Shown here: positions 13,586 to 27,589 of the stretch, piece by piece
Layout: each line of letters starts with the position of its first letter
Position numbering within the stretch: position 1 is the stretch's first letter
NCBI GenBank assembly: GCA_964016885.1
Contig: OZ024753.1
Span: forward strand, 14,074,001 to 14,138,000
Length of the DNA: 64,000 nucleotides
Source: Eledone cirrhosa
Taxonomy: Eukaryota
Reading direction: 5' to 3'
Notes under the pieces: generated by a model
Told to the model about the DNA's origin: nothing
Database searches by the model: none
The model's input: the letters and a program-made list of their open reading frames with translations, nothing else
Program-made: the position numbers and the translations under genes

Positions 13586-14955
13586 GGTAGGGGGTTATTT
13601 GAAGTTGATTTAACTGCTATGTTTAGCAAGTTCACTAAGCTCCTGTTTGTAAACCTTTTTTTGAGAATGCAGTCTGGTTCAGTTGATCACACAATCCTAA
13701 ACAACCAACTAAGATGACAGGGGGTAGTATGTACCCCTTTTACTAAAATGAACATTTCACTTTCTAACTATTCAGTCTATGTACACATTTTGCTAATGTT
13801 TGCTGCATGTCATGTAGTCTGTTTAATAATAATATTGCATTGTCTGTTTGTCTATAGTGGAACATTTACTGTATTAACCCCTTCCATCATGATATTTCTA
13901 ATGAAAGACACTGTCTATGTCATGAACCCTTTCATTACCATATTTCTAATGAAAGATACTGTCTGTGATTTTCAAACGGTTTTGAAAATAACCAAGGAAT
14001 AGGAGGAATCAGATATAATTTTTCTTATTATTAAGTTGATGTTTGGAACATAACTCAACAAAGATCCTGACATAAAATTATGATGGAAGGTTTTTAGATA
14101 AATATAAAGCACTTTAAACCTCTCTTTACAATATTTCTAATGTAAGACACTGCCTTTGATTTTCAAATTGTTTTGAAAACAATCAAGAATTTGGAGTTAT
14201 TTAGTAATATAATTTTCTCATTATTAAGTTGTTATTTGGAACATAACTTAAAGGTTCCTACATAAATATGATGGAAGGTGTTTTAGATAAATAAAGGTAT
14301 AATACCATTATAACAAATTTTTCAGTATAACAACATTTTTTTCAATCCCCAGCCACAAACTTGATGTATTTTGGTCAATCTCATTATAAAGAACTTTTTG
14401 TTACAACAAATTTTTTTTATACCCTGTGAATTTCGTTATAACAGAATTTTACTGTATAAACACTTTTAAATAAACTGGTCTGTAATGTAGAAGTAGGGGT
14501 GGTTTGAGGCAATTAGATGTCAAGTAGGTTAAACATTGCATCCTAACATATCTCTTTGTCTGTCTCTAATTAAATGTTACAATCTAATTCCATTATTTTT
14601 CAAAGATTAGACATTTCAGTGTCTGCTACTGTGATGACATATACATCAATTTTAGACTCATTTAGGAATGTTTGTGATTTATATAACTAAAGCTAAAATT
14701 GACTGAAATAGTTTTTTTTTTTACTAATGGCTTCTTTTTTTTTTGTTATGCATAACCTGAAGAGATATATTTACTTTGCCTTGTCATATAATGAACAATC
14801 CCCATATACCATTACAGTGAATTGGTATCTATTCCTAAGAGGTCATAATTGTTTGAGAAGTGATTTCATTTTAGTCCAAGTTAAAACTGGAACAGTTACA
14901 GCATGGAAGAGTCATTTGAGCAATTAATAAAATAAAAAAAAAGAAGAAAAAATTA

Positions 14956-15134
14956 CCGTATCTACTTGACTATAAACCGATCTGAATAAAAGTCCACCCC
15001 TTTTATTTCTGGAGAAATAGGCAAAAATCGAAACCTCGTTTATAAACCGAGGCAGCTAATCAACATATTGTTTAGATGGTATATATAAGCCAACTTATTA
15101 TTTTTTTCCGCGGCATATATTCCAGTATATACGG
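14956..15134. mobile_element. pogo/Tigger-type MITE
   Basis: TA|CCGTAT ... ATACGG|TA ends with internal tataaaccga repeats. Confidence 0.6.
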
Positions 15135-16496
15135 TATGTTTCTTTTTATTTATTTCATGTTGTCAAAATATTTTGTCACATTACTGCATCCTGGTCACTT
15201 GTGGAAGTTTAATCACTGACTAGGTCAAAGAGGTGTGATGAAAATTCTGATATCATGAAACAAAAAGAAATGTTTGTGTGTTTTTTTTTAATGGTTCGAT
15301 GTAGTTGTAGTATCTACTCTGTTGTTGTTTTTTTAATGTTTATTATTATGGTCTTTCTCTTGTGTTAATTAATTTATTTATTATTTTATTTTATTTATTT
15401 CATTAAATGGGTATAGTCGATTGTATTGACCCTAGTACTAAACTGCTACTTTATTTTATCAAATCTGGATGGATGAAATGCAAAGTTGACTTATTTCACA
15501 TTAGAACCTAGAATGCAGAGTTGGTACAAATATATAGTTCTACCCTTATATAGCAGGGAAAGCAGACGTTAAATTATGAAGATGATGATGATTATAAATC
15601 ATTTTATCAGACACACTAATGATTCTGCCAATCTACCAAGCCAATAACAACTTTTTTATTTTTATTTTTAACATCTTTTTGCAAAAACTCTTGCAATTGG
15701 TTGCTAGGTGAAGCATTGTCAGGGATCCCAAGGCTTTTGATGAGAGATGTAAGGTGCGAGGCATTTAGGGGCCATGCGTCCCAATGATGATTGGCATGCC
15801 TTCTGTCTCTACAAGGTGTGATCCATTGGAAAATGATACATAAAAATAATAATAACAATGGTTTCTAATATAGGCACAATTTAGGGGTGGGGGTGTGGCA
15901 AAGAAAAATTGATTATATCAAACCTGGTATATAACTGGTACTATATCAACTCTGAAAGAATGAAATGCAAAGTGTTGGAACAAATACTGCAAGGTTTTTT
16001 TTGTCAAATACTCTAATGACTCTGCCAATCCAGAGCCCTAATATATATATATATATTTATAGGGTGGTGACCATAACTGGGCCCTAAGATCTAAGGTCAC
16101 ACATAGATGTTAAGTGTATGAAATTTTAATTATACTAAATACGCTCTCTTGTAATAGATCGAGCATTGTTTTCTTTGGCTTTTTATGTACAAATATTCCA
16201 CACACACATATATCTATATGAGATGCAACCGGTACTAGCAGGGAAACCTTATGCTAGCCCCATTAACCTCTTATTATATATATGGATTTGCAGAATCGGT
16301 AGAGGGTCGGATGCCATGCTTTGACGTATAGAGTTACGGCCTTTGCCATTCTGAGTTCAAATCCCGCTGAGGTTAACTTTGCCTTTTATCCTTACGGGAG
16401 TCAATAAAATAAAGTACCAGTAATGCACTGGTGTAATTGCTAGCCTTGTGCCAAAAGTAGAAACAATTATATATATATATATATATATATATATCT

Positions 16497-16872
16497 AGGG
16501 CGGGTAAAATTCCCGAAATCCATGGCGAGTTCTCTCCAGCGGTCTCTGTCTCTCATTATCGCTGCCATGTCCTGTGTCTCCAACAGACCTGTGTCTGTGC
16601 TTAGGGCATCAACATATGTCAACCTGGGTCTCCCTCTTCTAATGTGTCCGTGTAGTGGCTCCCCCAGGAGCACTGAGTGCAGTGTCAACTCTGGATGTCG
16701 GTGAGCATGTCCAGCTAACCTCAGTCTCCTCTGTGTCACTTTCGAGCTGACTTTTGGATGGCTCCCGTACAGCTCTGAGTTCTTCATCCTCAGTGTATAC
16801 TGATTAATGTTCAGAGCCATCCTCAGCATTCTCGTGTAGCACCCATCCACCATCTGAGTGAGTTTCTTGGTC
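16497..16872 (-). mobile_element. RTE-class LINE 3' fragment (second family; copy at 36760-37010 on +)
   Basis: DGCYTRMLRMAL, QRRLRLAGHAHRH and RRGRPRLTYVD motifs. Confidence 0.85.
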
Positions 16873-18597
16873 AGTGTAGCTGAATGGTTAAGAGAATTGG
16901 ATTCGCAATCGTGAGGTTGTGAGTTCGATTCCTGGACCAGGTGATGCATTATGTCCTTGAGCAAGACACTTTATTTCATGTTGTTCCTTCTATCTGGATT
17001 TGCGACCAATAGACAGTATTAGCAATTTGAAAGACCAATGGAAACATTGTTTCCTCGGTCCGATTTGTTGAAAGTCGATTGACTGTTGATATGTATATAT
17101 ATATCCATATATATATATATGCGTGTGTGTGTATGTATATATACTGCAGGGTTGTTATATACAGTTATACTTTTTTAAAGTTTTTGGTGTATTTTTTGTT
17201 GGTTTTTCTTGCATGCTTTTTTAAATAATGCTTTTATTTTGTTTTCCCTAATTTTTGTATTTGGTTCCCATTGTAACATAATCCCATAATTCTACATTTG
17301 TCAGCTGTCATTGAACCGTGAAACAAGAACCTCAGAGATGTTGAGAAAATACCTCAACATAGCAAAAGCTATCAACATGGTATTCTTAAAGCTTTGCCTT
17401 TCATCAAACGCTTCCTCCTTCTACTCCTCTTTATCAGCTGTCTGCTTTATGTGATGTTCCAATGTCAAATCTAAGTTTGACTAGCATGCAATGTAATGGC
17501 TTTAATAATCTCTTCTTTCTTACCACAGCAGCTTTTCTTTAAGCACCAATGGGCTTTTTCCTCAAGCCCCTTTCTCATGTCTTCTTTTTCTTCCATCTAC
17601 ATTTCCTCCTCCTCTTTCTTCATCAACCTGCTGCCTTGTCATCGTTTCACATCACAATGGCAGTGTCACCTGATTGATAGTCATTACATCATTGGACAGG
17701 ATACCTTCTGGTGTGTGTTCCATCCTCTAAGTTGAAGTTCTGTTGAAGTGAACTCTATCAGTTCACTGCCCCCAAATGATTCCCTACTGACCCCAATATC
17801 ACCTGAAAGGTTAGGCCACAGACAAGATACCTTGCAAGAATCTCGTTCATCTTTGTGTCTCCTCTATTGAAATCCTATCTCATATCACCAAGTAAACTCT
17901 GACATGATATGATTAGAGCCACTATCATAAAACAGCTAAATGACGTCTTATGAGATGTAACCTCATAGGAGGTTTGTTAAACTTAGGTACGTCTGAACTG
18001 TAACAATATAGCTAAAAATGTAGGTATAGCTAACTAACTATTGTTTCAAGAATCTCTTACCTCTGCAGATATTTTGAAGTTCCTAATGCATCTATGCCAT
18101 CTTTTTCTTCATCAATGTCTAAGACTGTCAATTCAGGAATGGCTATCTTTCATTCTTACATCTCTCCACAGCTATTTTAGCTCCTGCTACCTTTTTGTGA
18201 TCTTGTTTACCTTAATGTTGATGCATAACTGGAAATCTTGGTGTTAGATGCCAAGCATGCAAAAAAAAAAAAATGCTCTGAATATCTCTTTTATTACTAA
18301 AACTATTTTTAAACTCTGGAAGTTTAACATCTTTTTCTGTCTTCATTCAATAGTTTCTCTACTTTCCACTTGATCAACCTACTCCCTTTTTGTCATTTTG
18401 TTCACATCAATGTTTCTAGCTAGAAATTTAGGTATGGCTAAATGAACATAGAATGGCTATGATCATCTTTAAAGCTAATCTAGATGATGACATCAATGTT
18501 TTTAGCTAGAAATCTAGGCATGCCTAGTTAAGCCTGCAATTCTAGGCTTAACTAGCCTACAAATGTCCAGCCCGTTCATCAAATGAAATAGATAACT

Positions 18598-18669
18598 ATT
18601 TCATCTGATGAACGGGCTGGACGTTTCTGTAAGGATCGTCTAGTTTCTTGAAACCTTTGATAATGGAAT
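18598..18669 (+). ncRNA. Hammerhead motif with ~10-bp stem II (stem III partly decayed)
   Basis: atttcat-CTGATGA-..gggctggacg/cgtctagttt..-GAAAcctttgat-a-atggaat; preceded by an inverted partial copy at about 18561-18590. Confidence 0.6.
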
Positions 18670-21081
18670 TTCACAGTTCTAGCATCATTGCTTCATAGTC
18701 AGCCTATGAACTTTTCAATCCACCCTCATATTCATAGGATGTCTCCAATATTTGATGTGCAATGTGACAGGTTAAATATATCCAATAAGCAGGTATAAAC
18801 TCTGAACTATATATAATCAAAAGAGGGGTGTGAGACAATACTAATTCTTTAGACTGTTTTAAAGCTAGTTGAGTTCCTTCTATACTCCTGTTACCTCTTT
18901 GCTACATTGTGATCAATATATCTAGCTAGATAACTCAGTATAACTTGCTAACAGTGGTTTTGATTATCCTACTGAAGATATAGCTGGTAAATTGGCAAAG
19001 TCGTTGGAACGTTTAGAATGCTTTCCTGTATTCATTCTGGTTCTCTACTCTCTGAGTTCAAATCCCACTGAAATCAACTTCTTTGCCTTTCATCTATTCG
19101 AGGTCAATTAAAAAAAGTACCAGTCTAATACTGGGGTTGATTCTTCCTCTATATATCTTTCTAACTTCCTCTATCTCACTCTCTATCCTTCTCTGGAAGA
19201 AATTTGTTGTATTCTGACCTGGAGAAGAGATGGACTCTGGCAGGTTTAAAAATACCCAAGACACCGTATGTCAATACACTTCCCCCTCTGTTAACTCCCT
19301 CAGGAGTTAACAGAACCATGCACACATACAACTAAAGCTATTCTGAAGTTTCACAGGATTTTCTGCAAACTCCTCTTATGTTTTAATTTAATAGTCCCTC
19401 TTCATCAACCTGTTCCCTTATCAGAATTTTGTTCATGCCAATGTCTTCAGCTGGACCTCCAAATATAGCAAGTTAAGCATGCAATGGACTTGATTCTCTT
19501 CTTACTATTAACCCTTTAGTATTTACATTACTCTATATATACTATTGTATTTTTGTGGTAATGGCTTTACTTCACATAATGTCGAATCTATGAGATTTTG
19601 ATATTATTTATTTTGAGAACATTAGTGTGACTGGCCAGTTATGGCCAGTTTGAAGAGAAAGAGGTGAGAGAATTCTGGCTGGATACAGCTGGTTTAAAGG
19701 TGTTTTTAAGCTCTGCTGGGTTCTCCTGAAACTTCTGTGTCTTAATCCAATAGCTCCTCTTCAAAACCTATCAGTTCATTGCCATCTTGTTCACACTGTT
19801 GTCTGTAACTGGAACTCGAGCTATGGTTAGCTAGCTTGGCATGGCTTTCATGATATTTTCTTTCTTCTCCAGTTATTCTTAGGATTTCAATGTTTCTTGG
19901 GGATTTTCTTAACACCAATGTCTCTAGCACAAACTCTGGACAGGTCTAATTAAGCATGTTTAACTGCAGTTATTCTGAAGCTTCTAGTCTCATTGCAGTG
20001 GTCTTGTTCCTTACCAGCACCCATCCATAGCTACAAGTCTGTTATGCTAGCTTAGCATGCCTAACTTTGAGTATCTCTTCTTTCTATAGCAACTATCCTT
20101 AAGCTCTTGTGCCTCTATAATCTTTTGTCAGTATCTGTAGCTGGAAACCTTGTTTCTGCTCTTCAGAGCTTGCTGGACTCATGTCACCTCCACCCAGACA
20201 CTTGCAACGCATTTGTCTCACCTCACATATCCCATGATGTGTGCAACCCACTTATTTCTCCTCCTTGATATGTCTACCTCAGCATGTATAACTTCTATCT
20301 AAGTCGTTCTTCTATCTAAGGTAGTTATTATAGAGATGTTGTTACCTCTTTATTATCTGGTTCACATCAATATCTAGAGCTGGGAATATGGATGTCTACC
20401 TAAGCATGTAATACTGTCAATGGTTCCTTGCTTTATGCTACTGCTTGCTCTCTTTCATTTCTTTGAAACAAAATTTCATTTGCTCATTTTTGTTTTGTTT
20501 TGTTTTTTGTCCATTTTTTTCTCCTCATATTTTTGCTTATTATTATTATTTTTTAGCAACACTATTGATAGCTGATGACACAATCCAGACTGCCATTCTT
20601 TAAAAATAACATATTTTAGTATATTCTTTTATTTTAAACCATTGGAATATCTCTGAAATGGAATTGCTACCATTGCTATATATATATATTTTTAATTTAT
20701 TTATCTATTCTTTTATTCACTTATTTGTTTACCTATTTATTTATGTATTTCTTTAGCCTAGCAATAGCGAGAGACTTAAGTCTTAGTAACCAGACTTCGC
20801 TTATTTTTTTTCTCTCTCAGTACTTTTTATAGTTTTACCCTTCATTGTTCTACTTACCGTTTCGACTTCCTCCCCCCCCCTCCCCAGTAGCCTCTTTGAC
20901 CTCACACCCAGCTGTAGCCGGCACTACCAACGCATGAATGGGTCTACTCCACCCCCTCTCCCTTTTTCTCCTACCGGCAGGTTCAGCTACCCCTTCCCCC
21001 ACCAATTTGCCATCACAGATTTACTACTAACTTGTGATGTGACCAATCCTGGCGATTATCTCTTTGACCATATATGGAATT

Positions 21082-21175
21082 ACCCCTTGATAAGCTCGGC
21101 TATTTAAATACCAGAATAAATTTTCATTCAGTCCAGAATTAGCCGTCGAAACGGCTTGAGCTCAGCCGTCGGGGT
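21082..21175 (+). ncRNA. Type I hammerhead with U3-A8 core and full stem III, GUC cleavage site
   Basis: acccc-TTGATAA-g..cggcta [long loop] tagccg.c-GAA-ACGGCT tgagctc AGCCGT-C-ggggt. Confidence 0.8.
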
Positions 21176-21187
21176 CTTACTTGTTCC

Positions 21188-21218
<31 letters not shown>

Positions 21219-21339
21219 ATAATAATAAATTTGAAGACTAAAATCCAAAGAGGGCCTGATAAGGATAAATATATATCAAATATATAAGAAATAAGAACCG
21301 TAGAGTAAATATTTATTAATATATATATATATATATACA

Positions 21340-22865
21340 AGGTTAATTCTAACCTTGCTGACTATAAAGAAACAGTCAGTAAGGTTAGAATTAACAACGA
21401 ATATAGTGAAGAGTTTAGCGTAAAAGTTGGTGTTCATCAGGGCTCCGTTCTTAGCCCCCTACTATTTATTATTGCCTTTCAGGCTATAACAGTGGAGTTC
21501 AAGACCGGCTGCCCATGGGAACTCCTATATACAGATGATCTAATGCTCATAGCTGAATCAATGGCCGAACTAGAGAAGAAATTCCAAACATGGAAGCATG
21601 GCCTAGAATCAAAAGGCCTTAAAATTAACCTGTCTAAGACTAAAGTTCTAGTTTGTAGGAAGGAAAATAGGGCACCGGTCCCATCTGGGAAATGGCCATG
21701 CTCAGTGTGTAGGAAAGGAGTAGGTGGAAACTCCATTTTATGTCCCAAATGCAAAGTATGGGTGCATAAAAGATGTAGTGGGATCACAGGTAAGCTAACT
21801 AAGAACATAGATTTTATATGTGGCCAGTGCTCTGGTGCAATAAGTAGCAGCAAGTGCCCACAGAATACTAGCTCATTCCATTGCGCAGATGGTTCTATAG
21901 AAATAGTGGATAGCTTCCGTTACCTGGGTGACAAAATCAGCAGTGGGGGAGGGTGCTCTGAAAGTACAGTAGCTAGAGTCAGAACTGGATGGAAAAAGTT
22001 CAGAGAGCTTATACCACTATTAGCCGCTAAAGGGTTCTCTCTAAAAATGAAAGGCAGGCTGTATGATGCCTGCATACGAACAGCAATGTTACATGGCAGT
22101 GAGACCTGGGCATTGTGTGCAGAGGATATTCGCAGACTGGAGAGGAACGACGCTTGCATGCTCCATTGGATGTGTAATAGTAATATAAGTGAATGGCAAA
22201 GCATAAACGAACTAAGGGAAAAATTAGAAATAAGAGGGATCAGATGTTGTTTACTCGAGAGAAGACTACGTTGGTATGGTCACGTAATGCGCATGAAAGA
22301 CGACAGCTGTATAAAAAAGTGCAGGGCAATAAAAATAGACGGTAGCCACGGAGTAGGCAGACCCAGAAAAACCTGGGACGACTTGATAAATTCTGACCTC
22401 ACACACTTACACCTCTCCAAGACAATGTCACTAGACCGAGATCTTTGGCGCTACACAGTAATAGAAAAGACCCGCCTTACCTAAGTACAAAGTGAAACCT
22501 ACAGTCAGTAGGCACCTCCTAACCAAAAATACACCCTCATCCCACTACCATTACCCCCACCCCCATCTACACCTAAAGTTATGTTGGTGCCACAACATCC
22601 AGTCCTAAATAAATGAGGTCGTGTAGGTGTCATGACAAAAAAAAAAAACAGTCCACGCTGTAATGTGGCCATGTAGGTAACACGGTAAAAACCTTCCAGT
22701 CCACACTGGAAACGTAGTTGGTGTTAGGAAGGGCATCCAGCCGTAGAAAACCTGCCAGACAGTCCTATACGAGCAAGACAACCAATCTTGCCTCACGTGG
22801 GAAAACTCCTGTCCAAACCCATGCAAGCGTGGAATATGGACGTTAAACGATGATGATGATGATGT
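21340..22865 (+). mobile_element. 5'-truncated RTE LINE (RT C-terminal half with Cys/His finger insert, 3'UTR and (TGA)n tail)
   Basis: GVHQGSVLSPLLF, LLYTDDL, CSVC..CPKC..WVHKRC..CGQC, FRYLGD and RRLRWYGHVMRM motifs in ORF 21492..22484. Confidence 0.92.
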
Positions 22866-23572
22866 TTATCCCGGGTTCAATCGGGGGGTAACCACTCTAA
22901 ACCCATGCTAGCATGGAAGATAGACGTTAAACAATGATGATGTGATGATGATGATATATATATATATATATATACTTAATACATTAACAGAGAAAGCTTA
23001 AAGCGATACTCTGACCGACCCCCCCCCCCATCTCACTCAACAAACATTAGGATATGCCTGAGTATATTCCCAATTATATGTTTGGGGTGCTAACTATATT
23101 ATATTTTGTGGATATCCGGTTGTATTATTTTATATGAGACATAATTAAATAAATCTCTCTTTCCATACGATCGTTTAAGTTTTCTACAAATTGGGAAAAT
23201 AATGTCCAGGTTATGTAGCAGCTTGCATATAGTCCATAGATATACATACAAGTGGGCACTTATAACTCATCAGTGGATGCCCAGCAATATCAATATAAAA
23301 AACCATACTGATATTAATATTCAGCAATGGTCCCCGTCAGTGCTAGAATGACTGCCAAAATTTGAAAGTCCAGCAGTCCCTCAAAAAGAAATTTCACACT
23401 GTACCCAAACGGAAAGGAGAGGTCATTGTAAAACATAAAATAATATATACATGTGTCATTGAACCCTGTTATGAATTCTAACCACGCGTGAAGAACTCAA
23501 TCGGATATTTTAAAAAATAAATATATGTATGTATTATTTATACACACATAGAGGTATTTTCTCAGGCAAAAA

Positions 23573-23631
<59 letters not shown>

Positions 23632-23760
23632 AAAGTTCTATTTAAAATTGTTGGGATACAAGTAAATATTTTTATAACTGATATAAAGCACTCGACAAGT
23701 ATTTGGAGTAGATATACGATATTAATAAATGGAAACTATATTTATAAAACCATATTTATT

Positions 23761-23820
23761 TCATTATACATATTTCAGGGATACCAAATTAAATTATGGT
23801 ATGCCTTCATCAGACAAAAT
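23761..23820 (-). ncRNA. Type I hammerhead, family H2 (left arm of palindrome)
   Basis: attttgt-CTGATGA-aggcatacca..tggtatccct-GAA-ATATGTAT-A-atga. Confidence 0.8.
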
Positions 23821-23968
23821 ACAATATATAACAGTTTTACAAATAAGCTTTGACGTACCCTATTAAAATGCAACCATTGTTTTTGGACTATCCGGATGAC
23901 TTCCAAAAACAATGGTTGCATTTTAATAGGGTACGTCAAAGCTTATTTGTAAAACTGTTATATATTGT

Positions 23969-24031
23969 ATTTTGTCTGATGAAGGCATACCATAATTTAA
24001 TTTGGTATCGCTGAAATATGTATAATGAAAT
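23969..24031 (+). ncRNA. Type I hammerhead, family H2 (right arm of palindrome)
   Basis: Mirror copy of 23761-23820 with one substitution in stem II. Confidence 0.75.
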
Positions 24032-24138
24032 AAATATGGTTTTATAAATATAGTTTCCATTTATTAATATCGTATATATATATATATATATATTAAAATA
24101 CAAATATTAATAAAATAGATGTTCTTTTGATCAATTAC

Positions 24139-24191
24139 ATTTTATTATACATATTTCGGATGTACAACAGTACGTCCTCATCAGACAAAAT
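24139..24191 (-). ncRNA. Type I hammerhead, H2-related with a different stem II
   Basis: attttgt-CTGATGA-ggacgtac tgtt gtacatcc-GAA-ATATGTAT-A-ataaaat. Confidence 0.85.
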
Positions 24192-24262
24192 ATAATGATA
24201 CATGACATACCCTGAGATGTTAAACTCATTCTTTGATATACTCATTGAATCTTGTTTAACTC

Positions 24263-24295
<33 letters not shown>

Positions 24296-24297
<2 letters not shown>

Positions 24298-25452
24298 TAG
24301 ACTCCATTTTATGTCCTAAATGCAAAGTATGGGTGCATAAAAGATGTAGTGGGATCACAGGTAAGCTAACTAAGAACATAGATTTTACATGTGGCCGGTG
24401 TTCTGGTGCAATAAGTAGCAGCAAGTGCCCACAAAATACTAGCTCTTTCAATTGCGCAGAGGGTTCTATAGAAATAGTGGACAGCTTCCGTTACCTGGGC
24501 GATAAAATCAGCAGTGGGGGAGGGTGCTCTGAAAGTACTGTAGCTAGAGTCAGAACTGGTTGGAAAAAGTTCAGAGAGCTTATACCACTATTAGCTGCTA
24601 AAGGGTTCTCCCTAAAAATGAAAGGCAGGTTGTACGATGCCTGCATACGAACAGCAATGCTGCATGGCAGTGAGACCTGGGCATTGTGTGCAGAGGATAT
24701 ACGCAGACTAGAGAGGAACGAAGCTTGCATGCTCCGCTGGATGTGTAACAGTAATATACGTGAACGGCAAAGCATAAACGAACTAAGGAAAAAATTAGAG
24801 ATAAGAGGGATCAGATGTTGTTTACTCGAGAGAAGGCTACGTTGGTATGGACACGTGATGCGCATGAAAGTCGATAGCTGTATAACAAAGTGCAGGGCAA
24901 TAAAGATAGACGGTAGTCACGGAATAGGCAGACCTAGAAAAACCTGGGACGAGCTGATAAACTCCGACATCACACACTTACACCTCTCCAAGACAATGTC
25001 ACTGGACCGTGACCTTTGGCGGTACTCAGTAACAGAGAAGACCCGCCTTACCTAAATATATATAGTAAAACCTACTCCAGCCAGTAGGCATCTCTAACAA
25101 AATACACCCCGTCCCACCCCCACCACCCCCACCCCATCCACACCACCCCGTTCTATGTAAAGTTATGTTGGTGCCGCGCCACCGAGGCCGAAACAAATGA
25201 GATCGTGTAGGTGTCACGACAAAAAAACACACAGTCCACGCTGTAATGTGGCCGTGTAGGCAACACGGTAAAAACCTCCCAGACCCACACTGTAAATGTG
25301 GTTGGTGTTAGGAAGGGCATCCAGCTGTAGAAAACCCGCCAGACAGTCCTATGCGAGCAAGACAATCACTCTTGCCTCAAGTGGGACAATTCCCCTCTAA
25401 ACCCATGCAAGCGTGGAACACGGACGTTAAACGTTGATGATGATGATGATGA
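24296..25452 (+). mobile_element. 5'-truncated RTE LINE, same family as 21340-22865
   Basis: ORF 24333..25055, 3'UTR and (TGA)n tail; begins at a (TA)n tract. Confidence 0.92.
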
Positions 25453-25455
25453 TAT

Positions 25456-25665
25456 ATGAGCAGGTCGATCTGCATGGATTGGGTACCGGAAGGTGGCAGG
25501 ACAGAACGGGGAAGACCACGAAAAACATGGCGGAGCACATTCAGGGAGGACCTGCGGGAGATGGGAATTACCTGGAGAGGTGCTAGAAGGGCCGCCAGTG
25601 ACAGGATCAAGTGGAGGAAGCTCGTCGCCCAATATTCCACAAGGGTCTGGAGGGACTAAGACTAA
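25456..25665 (+). mobile_element. Short RTE 3' fragment (third family)
   Basis: WVPEGGRTERGRPRKTWRST...ASDRIKWRKLVAQ. Confidence 0.75.
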
Positions 25666-25959
25666 GATATATATATATATATATATACACACACACCATA
25701 TTGGGTAATATTACCCTTATTTATAATTGTATATAGATTATATATATATAAGTATAAATATATAATCCCGCTGAGGTTAACTTTGCCTTTCATCCTTACG
25801 GGGTCGATAAAATAAAGTACCAGTAATGTACTGGGTATTTGCTGGCCTTGTGCCTAAAGTAGAAACAATTATTATATATATACCTATCTTTTTTTATAAA
25901 TTTCTGAGATTTTCCATTTTCTCCTTTACTTTTCTCTTTCATTTTGTTGTGATTTTTAA

Positions 25960-26560
25960 CTTTTGTCTCTCTCTCCCTCACTCACTTTCTTTCTCTCTCT
26001 CCCTCTCTTTCTCTCTCCCTCACTCTCTTTCTCTCACTCTCTTTCTCTCTCCCTCACTCTCTTCCTCTCTTACTGTCTTCCTCACTCTTTCTTTCACTCT
26101 CTTACTCTCTCTCTCTTACTCTCTCTTTTACTCTGTCTCTCTCACTCTCACTCTCTTTCTCACTCTTTCCCTCACTCTTTCCCTCACCCTCCCATTTTGG
26201 TTCTCTCCAACTCTTGTTTTCTCTCTCTTACTTTCTTACTCTCTCTTTCTCTCTCTCTTATTCTGTCTCTCTCCAACTTGTTTTTCTCTCTCTCTTATTC
26301 TCTGTCTTTTATTCTCTCTTTTACTTTCTCTCTCTCTCTCTCTCTCTCTTACTCTTGTTTACTCCTCCTCTCTGTATTACTCTCTTGTTTACTGACCCTT
26401 CTCTCTTACTTTCTTGTTTACTGCCCACCCCTCCTCTCTTACTCTCTCGTTTACTCCCTCTCCCTCTCTTACTCCCCCTCTCTCTCTTACTCCCCCTCTC
26501 TCTCTATCCTTCCTCTCTTTCTCTCATCTACCTTTTCCTCTTTGTCCTTCCATTTCTTTC
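25960..26560. repeat. (CT)n-rich low-complexity tract
   Basis: Direct observation. Confidence 0.9.
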
Positions 26561-27589
26561 TCATTTAAAATAATTTATCAATTATCTATCAATCAATAAA
26601 GAATACATTTAATTTCAGTTCTGTATGTGGAAGACATGAACAACCTGTCTGACCCATGCTTGCCTGGAAAAATTGACATAAAATGGTGATGATGATGATG
26701 ATGATGAATGCTACACCTCGTTAACAAACCCTTCAGACTTTTACCTTTGTCACCTGTAACACATCATCATCATCATCATCATCATCATTATCATTAGTGG
26801 ATTGGCAGTATTGGTAGAGGGTCAGACATGCTTTCCAGCATAGTTACGTCCCTTTACGGCCTGAGTTCAAATCCCGCCGAGGTTAACTTTGCCTTTCATC
26901 CTTACGGGGTCGATAAAATAAAGTACCAGTAATACACTGGGTAATTGCTGGCCTTGTGCCAAAAGTAGAAACAATTATCATTTAACATTCGCCTTCCCTG
27001 TTGGCATGGGTTGTAATAAACCAGGACTAGATGGCTTAGAAAGACCACGTCTTGCTCATACATTTCATATTTCAGCTTGGATTCTATGGCTAGCACCCAA
27101 CCTATTTATAGAATTCCAACACACTGATGAATATGTGTATGTGTATGTGCGTATGCATACATTTATATTTATGAGTATATAAATATAAACTCGCAGATAC
27201 AGACACACTTACAAAAATACACACTCACAGACATACATTCACACAAACACACACAGTGTAGCAAATGGAACGGAAGCCGCTGTTTTGCTATAGTTTTTTC
27301 ACCATCCCCTTCCTTCCTTTTACATACACATACATTCACACAAATACGCACACAGACAGACAGAAGTTGCTCAAATTAATATATAGATTACACTATCACT
27401 TTACACAGTGTGCTAGATGCTTTTTTTAGGTGTCACCAGCACCACCACTTTATATATGTATGAATGTATGTATATACATATATACATACATATATATGTA
27501 TGTAAAAGGTAAACAGAAAAAAAAAATACAATCGGTACAGTATATGGAAGGAATATATTAGGTTAATGCTTGAAATAGCAGGAAGAAGG

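Noticed and set aside
21250-21292. cctgataaggataaatatatatcaaatatata repeat (also at 29805 and 48410) as a possible HHR
   Set aside because: No copy has both a valid core and stem I.
22980-23560. Possible Penelope GIY-YIG remnant (DRMEREIYLI..YN on the minus strand)
   Set aside because: Only a few residues match and the frame has stops; cannot be supported without a profile search.
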